From assembly GCA_965203445.1 (NCBI GenBank), contig OZ241883.1, positions 1,888,001-1,952,000 of the forward strand: 64,000 bases of DNA, in the 5' to 3' direction. A program made the translations under genes and the position numbers. The notes beneath the pieces are model-generated. The model was not told where the DNA came from and made no database searches. It was given only the letters and a program-made list of their open reading frames with translations. This document shows positions 18,039-27,024 of this stretch, piece after piece; the first letter of the stretch is position 1; each line of letters opens with the position of its first letter. The DNA comes from Candidatus Oxydemutator sp. Its GTDB lineage: Bacteria; Pseudomonadota; Gammaproteobacteria; Poriferisulfidales; Oxydemutatoraceae.

Positions 18039-18152
18039 ATGAAAGTCAGAGCCTCGGTCAAGCGCATTTGCCGCAACTGCAAGCTGGTACGGCGCAAGGG
18101 CGTCGTGCGGGTAATCTGCACCGACCCTCGTCACAAACAACGCCAGGGTTGA
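18039..18152 (+). CDS. rpmJ: 50S ribosomal protein L36 (zinc-ribbon form)
   Basis: [14 protein letters not shown]...C...HKQRQG; 37 aa. Confidence 0.98.
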   Translation: MKVRASVKRICRNCKLVRRKGVVRVICTDPRHKQRQG

Positions 18153-18203
18153 TGCGCCTGCGTACTCCCCATCCGAGGTGGCGGCGACGGCCACCGCCCG
18201 ACG

Positions 18204-18212
18204 TGCTACAAT
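18204..18212 (+). promoter_or_regulatory. Extended -10 element, putative alpha-operon promoter
   Basis: TGcTACAAT 21 nt upstream of rpsM ATG. Confidence 0.5.
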
Positions 18213-18233
18213 AACGGGCTTTGAGTTACTTAG

Positions 18234-18590
18234 ATGGCACGTATCGCAGGCATCAACGTTCCCGACCGCAAGCACGCCGAGATTGCCCTCACCGGCATTT
18301 TCGGCATCGGCAGAAATCTTGCCCGTAAGATTTGCGAACAGAGCGGCGTGGACGCCGCTGCGCGCATCAAGGACCTGGCCAACGAGGACCTGGAGAAATT
18401 GCGCGGCGCGGTGGCGCAATACGCGGTCGAGGGCGACCTGCGGCGCGAGATCAACTTGAACGTCAAACGTCTCAAGGATCTTGGCTGTTACCGAGGCATC
18501 CGCCACCGCCAAGGCCTGCCGGTGCACGGACAGAGAACCCGCACCAACGCGCGCTGCCGCAAGGGGCCGCGCCGCCTGATCAAGAAATAA
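18234..18590 (+). CDS. rpsM: 30S ribosomal protein S13
   Basis: [23 protein letters not shown]. Confidence 0.99.
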   Translation: MARIAGINVPDRKHAEIALTGIFGIGRNLARKICEQSGVDAAARIKDLANEDLEKLRGAVAQYAVEGDLRREINLNVKRLKDLGCYRGIRHRQGLPVHGQRTRTNARCRKGPRRLIKK

Positions 18591-18600
18591 GAGACGAGCC

Positions 18601-18990
18601 ATGGCAAAGACAGCGACGCGTAGCCGCAAGAAAGCGAAGAAAAACGTTCCCGACGGCATCGCCCACATCAGCTCGTCGTTCAACAACACCGTGATTACGA
18701 TCACGGACGCGCAGGGCAACGCCCTGTGCTGGTCGAGCGCGGGCGCCGCCGGCTTTCGGGGGTCTCGCAAAAGCACGCCGTTTGCGGCGCAGGTCGCGGC
18801 CGGCAAGGCCGGACAGGCGGCGTTGGAGCACGGCGTCAAAAACCTCGAGGTCAACGTGCGCGGGCCCGGACCCGGGCGCGAGTCGGCGATTCGCGCGCTG
18901 CACGCCGCCGGCTTCAAAATTACCCGCGTGATGGATACGACGCCGTTGCCGCACAACGGTTGCCGCCCGTCGAAGAAACGCAGGATCTGA
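18601..18990 (+). CDS. rpsK: 30S ribosomal protein S11
   Basis: [27 protein letters not shown]. Confidence 0.99.
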   Translation: MAKTATRSRKKAKKNVPDGIAHISSSFNNTVITITDAQGNALCWSSAGAAGFRGSRKSTPFAAQVAAGKAGQAALEHGVKNLEVNVRGPGPGRESAIRALHAAGFKITRVMDTTPLPHNGCRPSKKRRI

Positions 18991-18999
18991 GGCGCGACC

Positions 19000-19620
19000 G
19001 TGGCGCGGTATCGCAAGTCCACCTGTAAGTTGAGCCGGCGCGAGGGCACCGACCTGATGTTGAAAGGTCGCGCCCGCTCGCTCGAGGAGAAATGCAACAT
19101 GGCGAAACTGCCGGGGCAGCACGGCGACCGTCGCCCGCGGCTGTCCGACTACGGCCTGCAGTTGCGCGAGAAACAGAAGCTGCGTCGCATGTACGGCGTG
19201 CTCGAACGTCAGTTCCGCAACTACTACCGCAAGGCCGCGGCGCAACGCGGTTCCACCGGCGAGAACTTGCTGCAAATGCTGGAAGGTCGGCTTGACAACG
19301 TCGTCTATCGGATGGGTTTCGGCGTGACCCGCGCCGAATGTCGCCAGTTGATCAGCCACAAGGCGATTGCCGTCAACGACCGCGTCGTCAACGTGCCCTC
19401 GTACCAGGTGCAGCCGTCCGACGTCGTCTCAATCGCGACGCGCGCCAAGCAGCAGCTGCGCGTGCAAGAGGCGCTGCACGTCGCCGAGCAGATCGGTTTT
19501 GCCGATTGGGTCGAAGTGGACGTGAAGAATATGACCGGAACGTTCAAGAGCCGTCCGGAGCGCTCCGAACTGCCTCCGGAAATCAACGAATCCCTTGTCG
19601 TTGAGCTGTATTCCAAATAA
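19000..19620 (+). CDS. rpsD: 30S ribosomal protein S4
   Basis: [27 protein letters not shown]. Confidence 0.99.
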   Translation: MARYRKSTCKLSRREGTDLMLKGRARSLEEKCNMAKLPGQHGDRRPRLSDYGLQLREKQKLRRMYGVLERQFRNYYRKAAAQRGSTGENLLQMLEGRLDNVVYRMGFGVTRAECRQLISHKAIAVNDRVVNVPSYQVQPSDVVSIATRAKQQLRVQEALHVAEQIGFADWVEVDVKNMTGTFKSRPERSELPPEINESLVVELYSK

Positions 19621-19644
19621 GCCGGGCAATTCGGGAGAGGGGTT

Positions 19645-20649
19645 TTGAGCAATTACGTGAACAACTTGCTGAAGCCGCGCATGGCGGACGTGCAGAATAT
19701 ATCCGACACGCAGATGCGCGTTGTATTGGAACCGCTGGAGCGCGGCTTCGGTTATACCCTGGGCAACGCGCTGCGCCGCGTTCTGCTGTCCTCGATTCAG
19801 GGCGCGGCCGTGGTCGAGGCGAGGATAGACGGCGTGTTGCACGAGTATTCGACGATCCCGTCGGTGCAGGAGGACGTCGTTGACATCCTGCTGAATCTAA
19901 AGGGCCTGAACCTCAGGCTGCACGACAAGGACGAGGCCAAGGCCAGCCTGCACAAGGTCGGCAAGGGCGTCGTCACCGCCGCCGATATCGTGACCGACGG
20001 CAGCGTCGAAATCGCGAACGAGGATCACGTCATCGCCCACGTCATGGACAAGGGCGAGCTCAACGTGATGCTGACGATAGAACGCGGCTGCGGCTATCGT
20101 CCGGCCTCGGCGCACGGCTCGGCCGAAGAGGGCGACGCCGTTGGCACCCTGCTGCTGGACGCGAATTTCAGCCCGGTCAAGCGCGTCACCTACAGCGTCG
20201 AGAGCGCGCGCAAGGGCGGGCGCACCAACCTCGACAAGCTGATCGTGGAACTGGAGGCCGACGGCACGATAGGCGCTGAGGAATTGATTCGCCAGGCGGC
20301 CACTATCCTTTACTCGCAGCTCGAGGCATTCGTTGACCTGGAGCAGATCCGCATGGCCGAGGAAAAACACGAGAAAGGCGATCTCGACGACATTTTCATG
20401 CAGCCGGTGAACTATCTGCAATTGACGGTGCGCTCGGAGAACTGCCTGAAGGCGGAGCGCGTCTATTACATCGGTGATCTTGTGCAGCATACCGAGATGG
20501 AACTGCTGAAGACGCCCAACCTCGGCAAGAAATCCCTGGACGAGATCAAAAACGTGCTGGCGGAGCACAAGCTGAGCCTCGGCATGCAGGTCGAGGGCTG
20601 GCCGCCGGCGAATCTGCCGCCGCTGCCGGTACCGCCGCTCAGGAGCTGA
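19645..20649 (+). CDS. rpoA: RNA polymerase alpha subunit
   Basis: [33 protein letters not shown]; TTG start. Confidence 0.99.
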   Translation: MSNYVNNLLKPRMADVQNISDTQMRVVLEPLERGFGYTLGNALRRVLLSSIQGAAVVEARIDGVLHEYSTIPSVQEDVVDILLNLKGLNLRLHDKDEAKASLHKVGKGVVTAADIVTDGSVEIANEDHVIAHVMDKGELNVMLTIERGCGYRPASAHGSAEEGDAVGTLLLDANFSPVKRVTYSVESARKGGRTNLDKLIVELEADGTIGAEELIRQAATILYSQLEAFVDLEQIRMAEEKHEKGDLDDIFMQPVNYLQLTVRSENCLKAERVYYIGDLVQHTEMELLKTPNLGKKSLDEIKNVLAEHKLSLGMQVEGWPPANLPPLPVPPLRS

Positions 20650-20665
20650 TTCGGGAGCCGCGGCC

Positions 20666-21064
20666 ATGAGGCACCGCAAAGCCGGCAGAAAGCTGAACCG
20701 CAGCGCCAGCCATCGCAAGCGCATGTTCGCCAACATGGCGGTCTCGCTGATCAAGCACGAGACGATACGTACGACGTTGGCCAAGGCGAAGGAACTGAGG
20801 CGCACGCTGGAACCGTTGATCACGCTGGCCGGCAGCGACGGCGTCGCCGCGCGTCGCCGCGCTTTTGCCCGCTTGCGCGACAAGGAAGCGGTCGGCAAGT
20901 TGTTCGACGATTTGGGGCCGCACTACCGCGACCGTCCAGGCGGCTATCTGCGCGTACTGAAGCACGGCTTTCGCAAGGGTGATAATGCCCCGATGGGCCA
21001 CGTCAGCCTCGTCGGTCGCAGCCCTGCAAACGAAGCCGAAGAGCCGGAAAAGGCCTCCAGCTGA
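20666..21064 (+). CDS. rplQ: 50S ribosomal protein L17
   Basis: [27 protein letters not shown]. Confidence 0.99.
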   Translation: MRHRKAGRKLNRSASHRKRMFANMAVSLIKHETIRTTLAKAKELRRTLEPLITLAGSDGVAARRRAFARLRDKEAVGKLFDDLGPHYRDRPGGYLRVLKHGFRKGDNAPMGHVSLVGRSPANEAEEPEKASS

Positions 21065-21454
21065 CCCGCCGCGCGACACCGCTCATCCGCCCCGCTGTTT
21101 TCTCCTTTGTCCCCGACTCTCCGCCACGGGGAGAATAGGGTATGAGGGCGATTTCTCTCAAGTAACCCCGTATGCGTGGCGCAAGCGCCGCTGCGAAAAC
21201 AGGCTTAGTGCCTTGCCCGATCTGACTAGCCGCGACGCTTGGTAGATGGCGGCCGCCGAGTCGCTCGGTCGCCCGCTGGCGGCACTCGACAAAAATCAAC
21301 CATGTCGCCGGCGTCAAATGCAAGGTTATCGCGCCGCTCTGAGGCGGCAGATGAGAGGGGGTTTGCGGAGTTGGTCGGGGCGCGCCCGTCGTAATCGGAC
21401 GCGAAACGCCGCCTGCCCGCGGCACCACCAAGTTATCGGAAGGCGGGTCTGCCT

Positions 21455-21829
21455 TCACCTCGCCCTTTTCGGGCAAACTTGATCGTAGCTCAACGGTTCA
21501 AGCCCATATATATCTCTGAATTTATTGATATTCTTTTCCGTCTCTGAACACTCCACCAAGCGCAGTCTTTCTCTTTTTTCGTGCGAAGAGATTCCCGTGC
21601 CCATTCCCACCCAAAGGAAGACGACAAACACAATCATGAACAAGCACGTAGATACAACGCTGATTTCTTCTTTCCCAAATGCGCGATACAGTGCTATCCC
21701 CGCACCAGTCAAAACTACCGGAAGCACTGCTGCCAAAGCTTCGCCACTGTCAGCCGCAAAGAAGCCAACGGCATAACCGACAAGTGCGGTAGTTATGAAA
21801 ACAAGTGTGATAGTTCTGAAAACCATCAC
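21455..21829 (-). CDS. Hypothetical membrane protein (about 3 TM segments, C-terminal Cys pair)
   Basis: 124-aa ORF with three hydrophobic stretches, low GC, start overlaps upstream ORF stop. Confidence 0.65.
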   Translation of the reverse strand: MMVFRTITLVFITTALVGYAVGFFAADSGEALAAVLPVVLTGAGIALYRAFGKEEISVVSTCLFMIVFVVFLWVGMGTGISSHEKRERLRLVECSETEKNINKFRDIYGLEPLSYDQVCPKRAR

Positions 21830-22113
21830 CTGCTTGTTTCTATGATAAGTGCATCCATATAGAGGAACCCTCGCTCTGTGAGAAACTTCAGAGAAGTCAA
21901 TAAATCTTCATCTTCGGCAGTTTTCGCTTTTTTGTAACATTCCTCTTCCCACTCACCGTGCCCCTTACTCTTTATGCAATCTACGAAGCTCTCTGCTGGT
22001 GGGGTGGCGGACTGGTCGAGGTATTTTTCCGGCGAGATGGCCGATTCAGCACCCGCCATACCGCTGAACGCGACGGCAAGCACAAAGCAGAAGGTCTGCA
22101 ACGTCTTTTTCAT
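21826..22113 (-). CDS. Hypothetical secreted protein
   Basis: GGGAGGA RBS before ATG 22113; signal peptide MKKTLQTFCFVLAVAFSGMAGA; TGcTACAAT upstream at 22167-22175. Confidence 0.7.
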   Translation of the reverse strand: MKKTLQTFCFVLAVAFSGMAGAESAISPEKYLDQSATPPAESFVDCIKSKGHGEWEEECYKKAKTAEDEDLLTSLKFLTERGFLYMDALIIETSR

Positions 22114-22310
22114 GGCACTGTCCTCCCTTTCCGACAATCAAGGAAAGCCATTGTGGCTGTGGCGCGATTGTAGCACGCGCCGGCCATCCATCCGCCACGC
22201 CGCGGCCGGGTAATTCCCCCTGCCTGGCGGCCCTCCGCCGGACATCTGGTCTATACAGCGGTGCGGTTGTTTTGTCCGGCAGGCCAGGACTTTCTTAAGC
22301 GATTTTATTT

Positions 22311-23144
22311 GAACCTATCTCAAAATCGAATATCTGCTGATTATCGTGTATGATCTATTGCATGGTACGATTGAGCGACGAGCAATGGGAACGCATACGC
22401 AAGCACTTCCCAGAAGAAAACATCCCGCCGGGTCGGGCCGGTCGCAAACCGGTGCCGACAAGAAAAGTTCTCGAAGGCGTCCTGTGGATCCTCAACACGG
22501 GTGCACAATGGAAGATGCTGCCGCAATGTTATCCGAATTACAAAACAGTTCATCGTCGTTTTCAACGATGGTGTATGAACAACACCTTGCGCGATCTGCT
22601 GGTGGACTTGGCTAACGATTTACGCAAGGAAGGGATCGTGGACGAGAGGGAGTGTTATATAGATGGGATGTTTGCCGCGGCCAAAGGGGGTGGCGCCGAG
22701 GTGGGTAGGACGAAGCGCGGAAAAGGCGTCAGAATCATGGCCATAGTGGATAAGCATGGTCTGCCGTTGTCGGTCAGTACGCACGCGGCGAACCATCACG
22801 AAGTGACCTTGGTGCAGTTGAGTTTTGACTTTTACATGATAGAGGCGAAGCCGAAGAACCTGATAGGGGATCGCGCCTATGATAGCGATGGTTTGGATGA
22901 GGAATTGCGCGCTTCGGGGATAGAGATGATAGCCCCGCACAAACGCAATCGTAAGAAACGCAAGACCCAGGATGGTCGCAGACTGCGCCGCTATGAAAGG
23001 CGCTGGATAGTGGAGAGATCTTTTGCATGGCTACAATGGCAACGACGAGTGTTAACACGGTGGGAGTATTACGCGCATAACTTTTTTGGTTTTGTGCAGC
23101 TGGCCGCCATGATGATATTGATTAGGCAATTTTGAGATAGGTTC
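22311..23144 (+). mobile_element. IS5-family insertion sequence, 834 bp, apparently intact
   Basis: Perfect 16-bp terminal inverted repeats GAACCTATCTCAAAAT (22311-22326) and ATTTTGAGATAGGTTC (23129-23144); TTATTT on both flanks; one transposase ORF. Confidence 0.93.
22362..23135 (+). CDS. IS5-family DDE transposase
   Basis: LSDEQW, WILNTGAQW, IDG, GDRAYD, RRWIVERSFAW. Confidence 0.95.
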   Translation: MVRLSDEQWERIRKHFPEENIPPGRAGRKPVPTRKVLEGVLWILNTGAQWKMLPQCYPNYKTVHRRFQRWCMNNTLRDLLVDLANDLRKEGIVDERECYIDGMFAAAKGGGAEVGRTKRGKGVRIMAIVDKHGLPLSVSTHAANHHEVTLVQLSFDFYMIEAKPKNLIGDRAYDSDGLDEELRASGIEMIAPHKRNRKKRKTQDGRRLRRYERRWIVERSFAWLQWQRRVLTRWEYYAHNFFGFVQLAAMMILIRQF

Positions 23145-23154
23145 TTATTTTTTC

Positions 23155-24000
23155 TTACACTCCCGCTGCTTTCAGGGTGTTTTCTATCAGGCAGGCTACG
23201 GTCATCGGGCCGGTGCCGCCGGGCATCGGGGTGATGGCGCCGGCCACCGTGCGCGCTTCGTCGAAGGCCACGTCGCCGACGATCTTGCCGTCTTTTTCGT
23301 TGACGCCTACGTCCACGACCGTGGCCCCCGGTTTGACGAAGCTTTTTTTGACCAGCTCGGGCATGCCGGCGGCGGCGACCAGGACGTCGGCATCGCGGCA
23401 CACCGCCTCGAGGTCCTGCGTCCTCGAATGGCATACGGTTACGGTCGCATCCACGCCGCGCAGCGCCAGCAGCAAGGCCTGCGGCAGGCCGACCAGGTGC
23501 GAGCGGCCGATGACGACCGCCTTTCGACCTTGCGTCGGGATCTCGTATTCTTCGATCAGGCGCATCACGCCAAGCGGCGTGCACGGCACCAGGTTCGGTT
23601 TGCCGCGCACCAGACGGCCGAGATTTTCGGCGGTCAGGCCGTCCACGTCTTTGGCCGCGGGGATCAGATCTATCACCGCGTCGGTGTCCACGTGGCCGGG
23701 CAGCGGCAGTTGCACGAGGATGCCGTGCACCGAATCATCCGCCCCCAGCTCGCGCACCGCCGCCTCAAGCCGCGCTTGTGCGACTTCTTCCGGCAACTCG
23801 ACCATGTGCGTCTTGAGGCCGCCGCGCGCAGCCATTTTCTGCTTGAGGTTGACGTAGTAGCGGCTGGGTGCGTGGCTGCCTACGAGCACCGTCGCCAGCG
23901 TGACTTCCGGGTTCCCGGCCGCCGCCAGTTTCTCGGCGACGCCTGCGACGATACGCTCGGCGGTGCGTTTGCCGTCGAGCAGCAAGGCTTGCTGCGGCAT
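23155..24000 (-). CDS. folD: Methylene-THF dehydrogenase / methenyl-THF cyclohydrolase
   Basis: LLDGK, GILVQLPLP, KDVDG, PCTP, TPMPGGTGPMT; ATG at 24000. Confidence 0.97.
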   Translation of the reverse strand: MPQQALLLDGKRTAERIVAGVAEKLAAAGNPEVTLATVLVGSHAPSRYYVNLKQKMAARGGLKTHMVELPEEVAQARLEAAVRELGADDSVHGILVQLPLPGHVDTDAVIDLIPAAKDVDGLTAENLGRLVRGKPNLVPCTPLGVMRLIEEYEIPTQGRKAVVIGRSHLVGLPQALLLALRGVDATVTVCHSRTQDLEAVCRDADVLVAAAGMPELVKKSFVKPGATVVDVGVNEKDGKIVGDVAFDEARTVAGAITPMPGGTGPMTVACLIENTLKAAGV

Positions 24001-24002
24001 CG

Positions 24003-24926
24003 TCAGGCGCGCGGCTGCCTGTCGGGGTGCAGGTAGATCAGGCTTTTGCCGAGGCGCCCGCCGTAATTGCCGGCGGAGATCATCAGCAATCCGTCGGTAT
24101 CCCTGGAGGCGGCGATCGCGGCCTGGGTCGCCTCGATGATGCAGTCCACGTCGCGCCCGTTCATGATGATTTCCATGACCGAGTGAACGCCTTCGGGCAG
24201 TCCGCATTCGACGCCCGGCTCGTCGCGCAGCAGCGGGCAGAATTTTTCGTAGGTGCTGGCGACGGTGAAGTCGTATTTGCTGCCGGCTTTCGAGCCGCTG
24301 CCGGCGACGCCGCCGGGGAAGGTCGAGATTACGCCGGGCACCGGCAGGATCGCCGCGACGCCTTTTTCCGCAGCCGCAAGCGCCGCGTCGACGTCGCGCC
24401 CGAAGAACCACAGGTTGCCGCCCATCAGGCCGTCGCGGTAGCCGAGCCTGCGGTCGAGTACGAATTCGCCGCCCAATATAGGGATCCACCACATTTTGCG
24501 GCCGTGGCGTTCGATGCGCTTCTGGTAGCCGTTGCCGAAGTAGGCGACCTTGCGTCCCATCTGGAAGTAGTCGTCGCCCTCGATCAGGTTGAAGCACGAG
24601 GCGGTCGGGCAAGTGAGCACGTTCTGGCTGATGCGCACGAGCGCCGCGCGTTCGAGTCTGTCGACGCGGTCTTTCCAGAACTTCGGCGCGTGCAGCTGGA
24701 CGACGGCGCCGGGGCGCCCGTCGGGCGTTTGAAAACTCTCGTCGCCGCCGCGTCCCACGTAGCGGTCCATGCCGGCCTCGCAGTCGCACAGGATCGAACT
24801 CGAGGCGTTGCCGGTGCAGGCTTCGACCGCGTAGTCGAGCCATTTCCGGTCGCGCGCGGTGATCAGGAACTCGACGTGGATGCTCTTGAACGCCTCGGCG
24901 TAGGTGTCGTCTATGATCGCGCCCAT
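24003..24926 (-). CDS. fhcD: Formylmethanofuran-tetrahydromethanopterin formyltransferase-like protein (Ftr/FhcD family)
   Basis: IDDTYAEAF, CDCEAG, TPDGRPG, VLTCPT, GGNL, FPGGVAGSGSK, ISAGNYGGRLG; 307 aa from ATG 24926. Confidence 0.9.
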   Translation of the reverse strand: MGAIIDDTYAEAFKSIHVEFLITARDRKWLDYAVEACTGNASSSILCDCEAGMDRYVGRGGDESFQTPDGRPGAVVQLHAPKFWKDRVDRLERAALVRISQNVLTCPTASCFNLIEGDDYFQMGRKVAYFGNGYQKRIERHGRKMWWIPILGGEFVLDRRLGYRDGLMGGNLWFFGRDVDAALAAAEKGVAAILPVPGVISTFPGGVAGSGSKAGSKYDFTVASTYEKFCPLLRDEPGVECGLPEGVHSVMEIIMNGRDVDCIIEATQAAIAASRDTDGLLMISAGNYGGRLGKSLIYLHPDRQPRA

Positions 24927-24928
24927 GG

Positions 24929-25567
24929 TCAGCCTCGGCCGCGGCCTTCGTACACGGCCTTCTCGGTGATGACTTTGTCCATGTAGACGTCGTGCGGCGC
25001 GACCAGCACTTGGTCGAACATCTGCGACTCGTAGGCGAGCGCGATCAGCGGGCAGTCGCGGCGGACTTTCTCGAGCAGGCGGTCGTAATACCCTTGGCCG
25101 TTGCCCATGCGCCCGCCGCCTCGGTCGAAGCCGACGCCCGGCACCATCACGACGTCGAGCGTCTGTGGCTCGATCTCCTTGGCCGGGTCGCCCCACATCT
25201 CGCGCGGCGGTTCGAGGATTTTCCATTTGCCGACCACCAGTTCATCGAAGCTCTCCAGGTGAAACAGGCCGAGTTTGTTTTCGCCTTTCTCGTCCACCGT
25301 GCAGTAGGGTACGACGATTTTCTTGCCGCCTTTCTCGATTTCCTTTTTCAGGTGCGGTTTGGTGCGGGTTTCGGAGCGGCAGTCTATATACCACATCGCG
25401 CTCCTGGCGCTCCGGTATTCGGGCAGCGCGATGAATCGTTCGCAGATCGTGGCGCTCACCTCGTCTTTGTCCTCCTGCGCCGCGCGCGCGTCGTAGGCTT
25501 GGCGGCGCATCTTGTTCTTGCGCTCCATGATTTGTTCGAGTTCCTGCGGGGTCGGCGTCATAAGCAT
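24929..25567 (-). CDS. 5-formyltetrahydrofolate cyclo-ligase
   Basis: ILEP, VPGVGFD, RMGNGQGYYDR, HDVYMD; AAGGAG RBS. Confidence 0.93.
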   Translation of the reverse strand: MLMTPTPQELEQIMERKNKMRRQAYDARAAQEDKDEVSATICERFIALPEYRSARSAMWYIDCRSETRTKPHLKKEIEKGGKKIVVPYCTVDEKGENKLGLFHLESFDELVVGKWKILEPPREMWGDPAKEIEPQTLDVVMVPGVGFDRGGGRMGNGQGYYDRLLEKVRRDCPLIALAYESQMFDQVLVAPHDVYMDKVITEKAVYEGRGRG

Positions 25568-25593
25568 GCTCCTTGTGTCGTTAGTTGCGCAAC

Positions 25594-25601
25594 ATTATAA
25601 T
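25594..25601. promoter_or_regulatory. Bidirectional -10 element
   Basis: Palindromic ATTATAAT gives TATAAT on both strands in the 41-nt gap between divergent genes. Confidence 0.45.
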
Positions 25602-25608
25602 CAATTTT

Positions 25609-26514
25609 ATGCCCGGTGCGCGTTTCATCACGTTCGGCGGCGGCAGAAGGTGGCATCGCGCCGCCGACAGGATCGCGCGACAAGCCGAGGCGTTTGATTT
25701 GTTCGATGAGGTGGCTGCCTACACCGCGCGAGACCTGAGACGTTTCACCGATTTCTGGAAACAACACGGCGCGTTCATCCGCGCCAACCGCCGAGGTTAC
25801 GGCTACTGGCTGTGGAAACCCTTTCTGATCCTCGAGAGTCTTAAGCGTATGGAGACCGGGGACATATTGTTCTACGCCGATGCCGGCTGTGAACTCAACG
25901 TGTACGGTCTGGAGAGGATGAAGGATTATCTCAGCTTGTGCTCGGAGGGGAGGATCTTGAATTTTGAACTGAGGAGTAGTATCTCAACGTGGACCAAAAT
26001 GGATACTATCGTGCGCGTTGATCCGCGGTGCCGTCACGCGCAAAAATCGCCGTACGCGGCCACCCTGTTATTCTTTGCAAAGACAAACGCCACTATGGAG
26101 TTGGTCGAGCAGTGGTACGGTTTGTGCACGGAGGACGATTATCGTTACCTGGATGATTCGTCTTCCCACCGGCCCAACCATCGCGACTTTCGCGAACATA
26201 GGCATGATCAGGCGATTTTGTCCCTGCTTGTGCGAAAGCACGGGTTTGGTTCCGCTGTGAGTGTGGCTGAGTGCTGGTTCGGGCCGTGCTCCGTCAGAGC
26301 GCCCCGAGAGGGAAGCCTGTACCCCGTGTGGTTCAGCAAGAACGCAAGCGGCGTCCCCTCTCTCGCATGTTTGACCTTGCACCGTGAGCGGAATCCGAAA
26401 AAGTTTCCATTGCCCGTTTGGGCCTGGTTGCGTTGCAGGCGGCGTTTTGTTGGTGTCAAGGACGCGATGCGCAGCGCCGTCGGAAGGATATTACGAAGGG
26501 TGAGGAGAGGATGA
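25609..26514 (+). CDS. Putative GT-A-like glycosyltransferase / hypothetical protein
   Basis: RGYGYWLWKP, YADAG, HRHDQAILS motifs; lower GC than core genes. Confidence 0.6.
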   Translation: MPGARFITFGGGRRWHRAADRIARQAEAFDLFDEVAAYTARDLRRFTDFWKQHGAFIRANRRGYGYWLWKPFLILESLKRMETGDILFYADAGCELNVYGLERMKDYLSLCSEGRILNFELRSSISTWTKMDTIVRVDPRCRHAQKSPYAATLLFFAKTNATMELVEQWYGLCTEDDYRYLDDSSSHRPNHRDFREHRHDQAILSLLVRKHGFGSAVSVAECWFGPCSVRAPREGSLYPVWFSKNASGVPSLACLTLHRERNPKKFPLPVWAWLRCRRRFVGVKDAMRSAVGRILRRVRRG

Positions 26515-26571
26515 AAAAGCGCGATGCCGTTCTAGTATTCAGTATGCGCGTTTCCGCCGTTTTGTCGCCGT

Positions 26572-27024
26572 TCAGTGGCACGCCTTGCCGTATTTCTTAA
26601 GCCGCCAGTAGTTGTAGGGCCACGGGGTCACAAAACCCGCGGCCAGCGCCGGTACGACCGCGGCCGGCGTCAGTCTGGCGCCCCCGGCGATCAGCCAGTC
26701 GGTCGCGTTCATCGCCGTCTCCATCGCCAGCATCGAAAGGAAGCTCATGCCGAGCGCGGTTTTCAACGCCGCGCGCGGCGCCAAGTGGCGGCGTATCAGG
26801 ATCGCGGTCTCAAGCAGCACGCTGGTGGCAAGGCCGTTGATCATCGCCAGCCCCATGATCGCCAGCCCCGGCCACGCGATCTCGTTCAACTGAAAGAACA
26901 GGATCGTGCCGAAGTCGCCGATGGTGCAGCCGATCAGGCACCACATCGTGTTGTAGGCGCTCGCGCCCCACGTGTGGCGACACGTCCAGAACGGGCTTGC
27001 GAACGAGTTTGCGGATGTCGCCAT
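26572..27024 (-). CDS. DUF4396-like membrane protein
   Basis: NTMWCLIGCTIGD, GMSFLSMLAME, GFVTPWPYNYWRL. Confidence 0.8.
   Translation of the reverse strand: MATSANSFASPFWTCRHTWGASAYNTMWCLIGCTIGDFGTILFFQLNEIAWPGLAIMGLAMINGLATSVLLETAILIRRHLAPRAALKTALGMSFLSMLAMETAMNATDWLIAGGARLTPAAVVPALAAGFVTPWPYNYWRLKKYGKACH

Noticed and set aside
21065-21454. Possible structured RNA or tRNA remnant after rplQ (TGGTCGGGGCG, CACCACCA)
   Set aside because: No T-loop or cloverleaf, and no RNase P or tmRNA signature. The short matches are expected by chance; an Rfam search would settle it.
23155-25226. 562-aa and 407-aa ORFs suggesting N-terminally extended or fused FolD and Ftr
   Set aside because: The extensions are out-of-frame readings of the upstream genes; family N-termini begin at 24000 and 24926.
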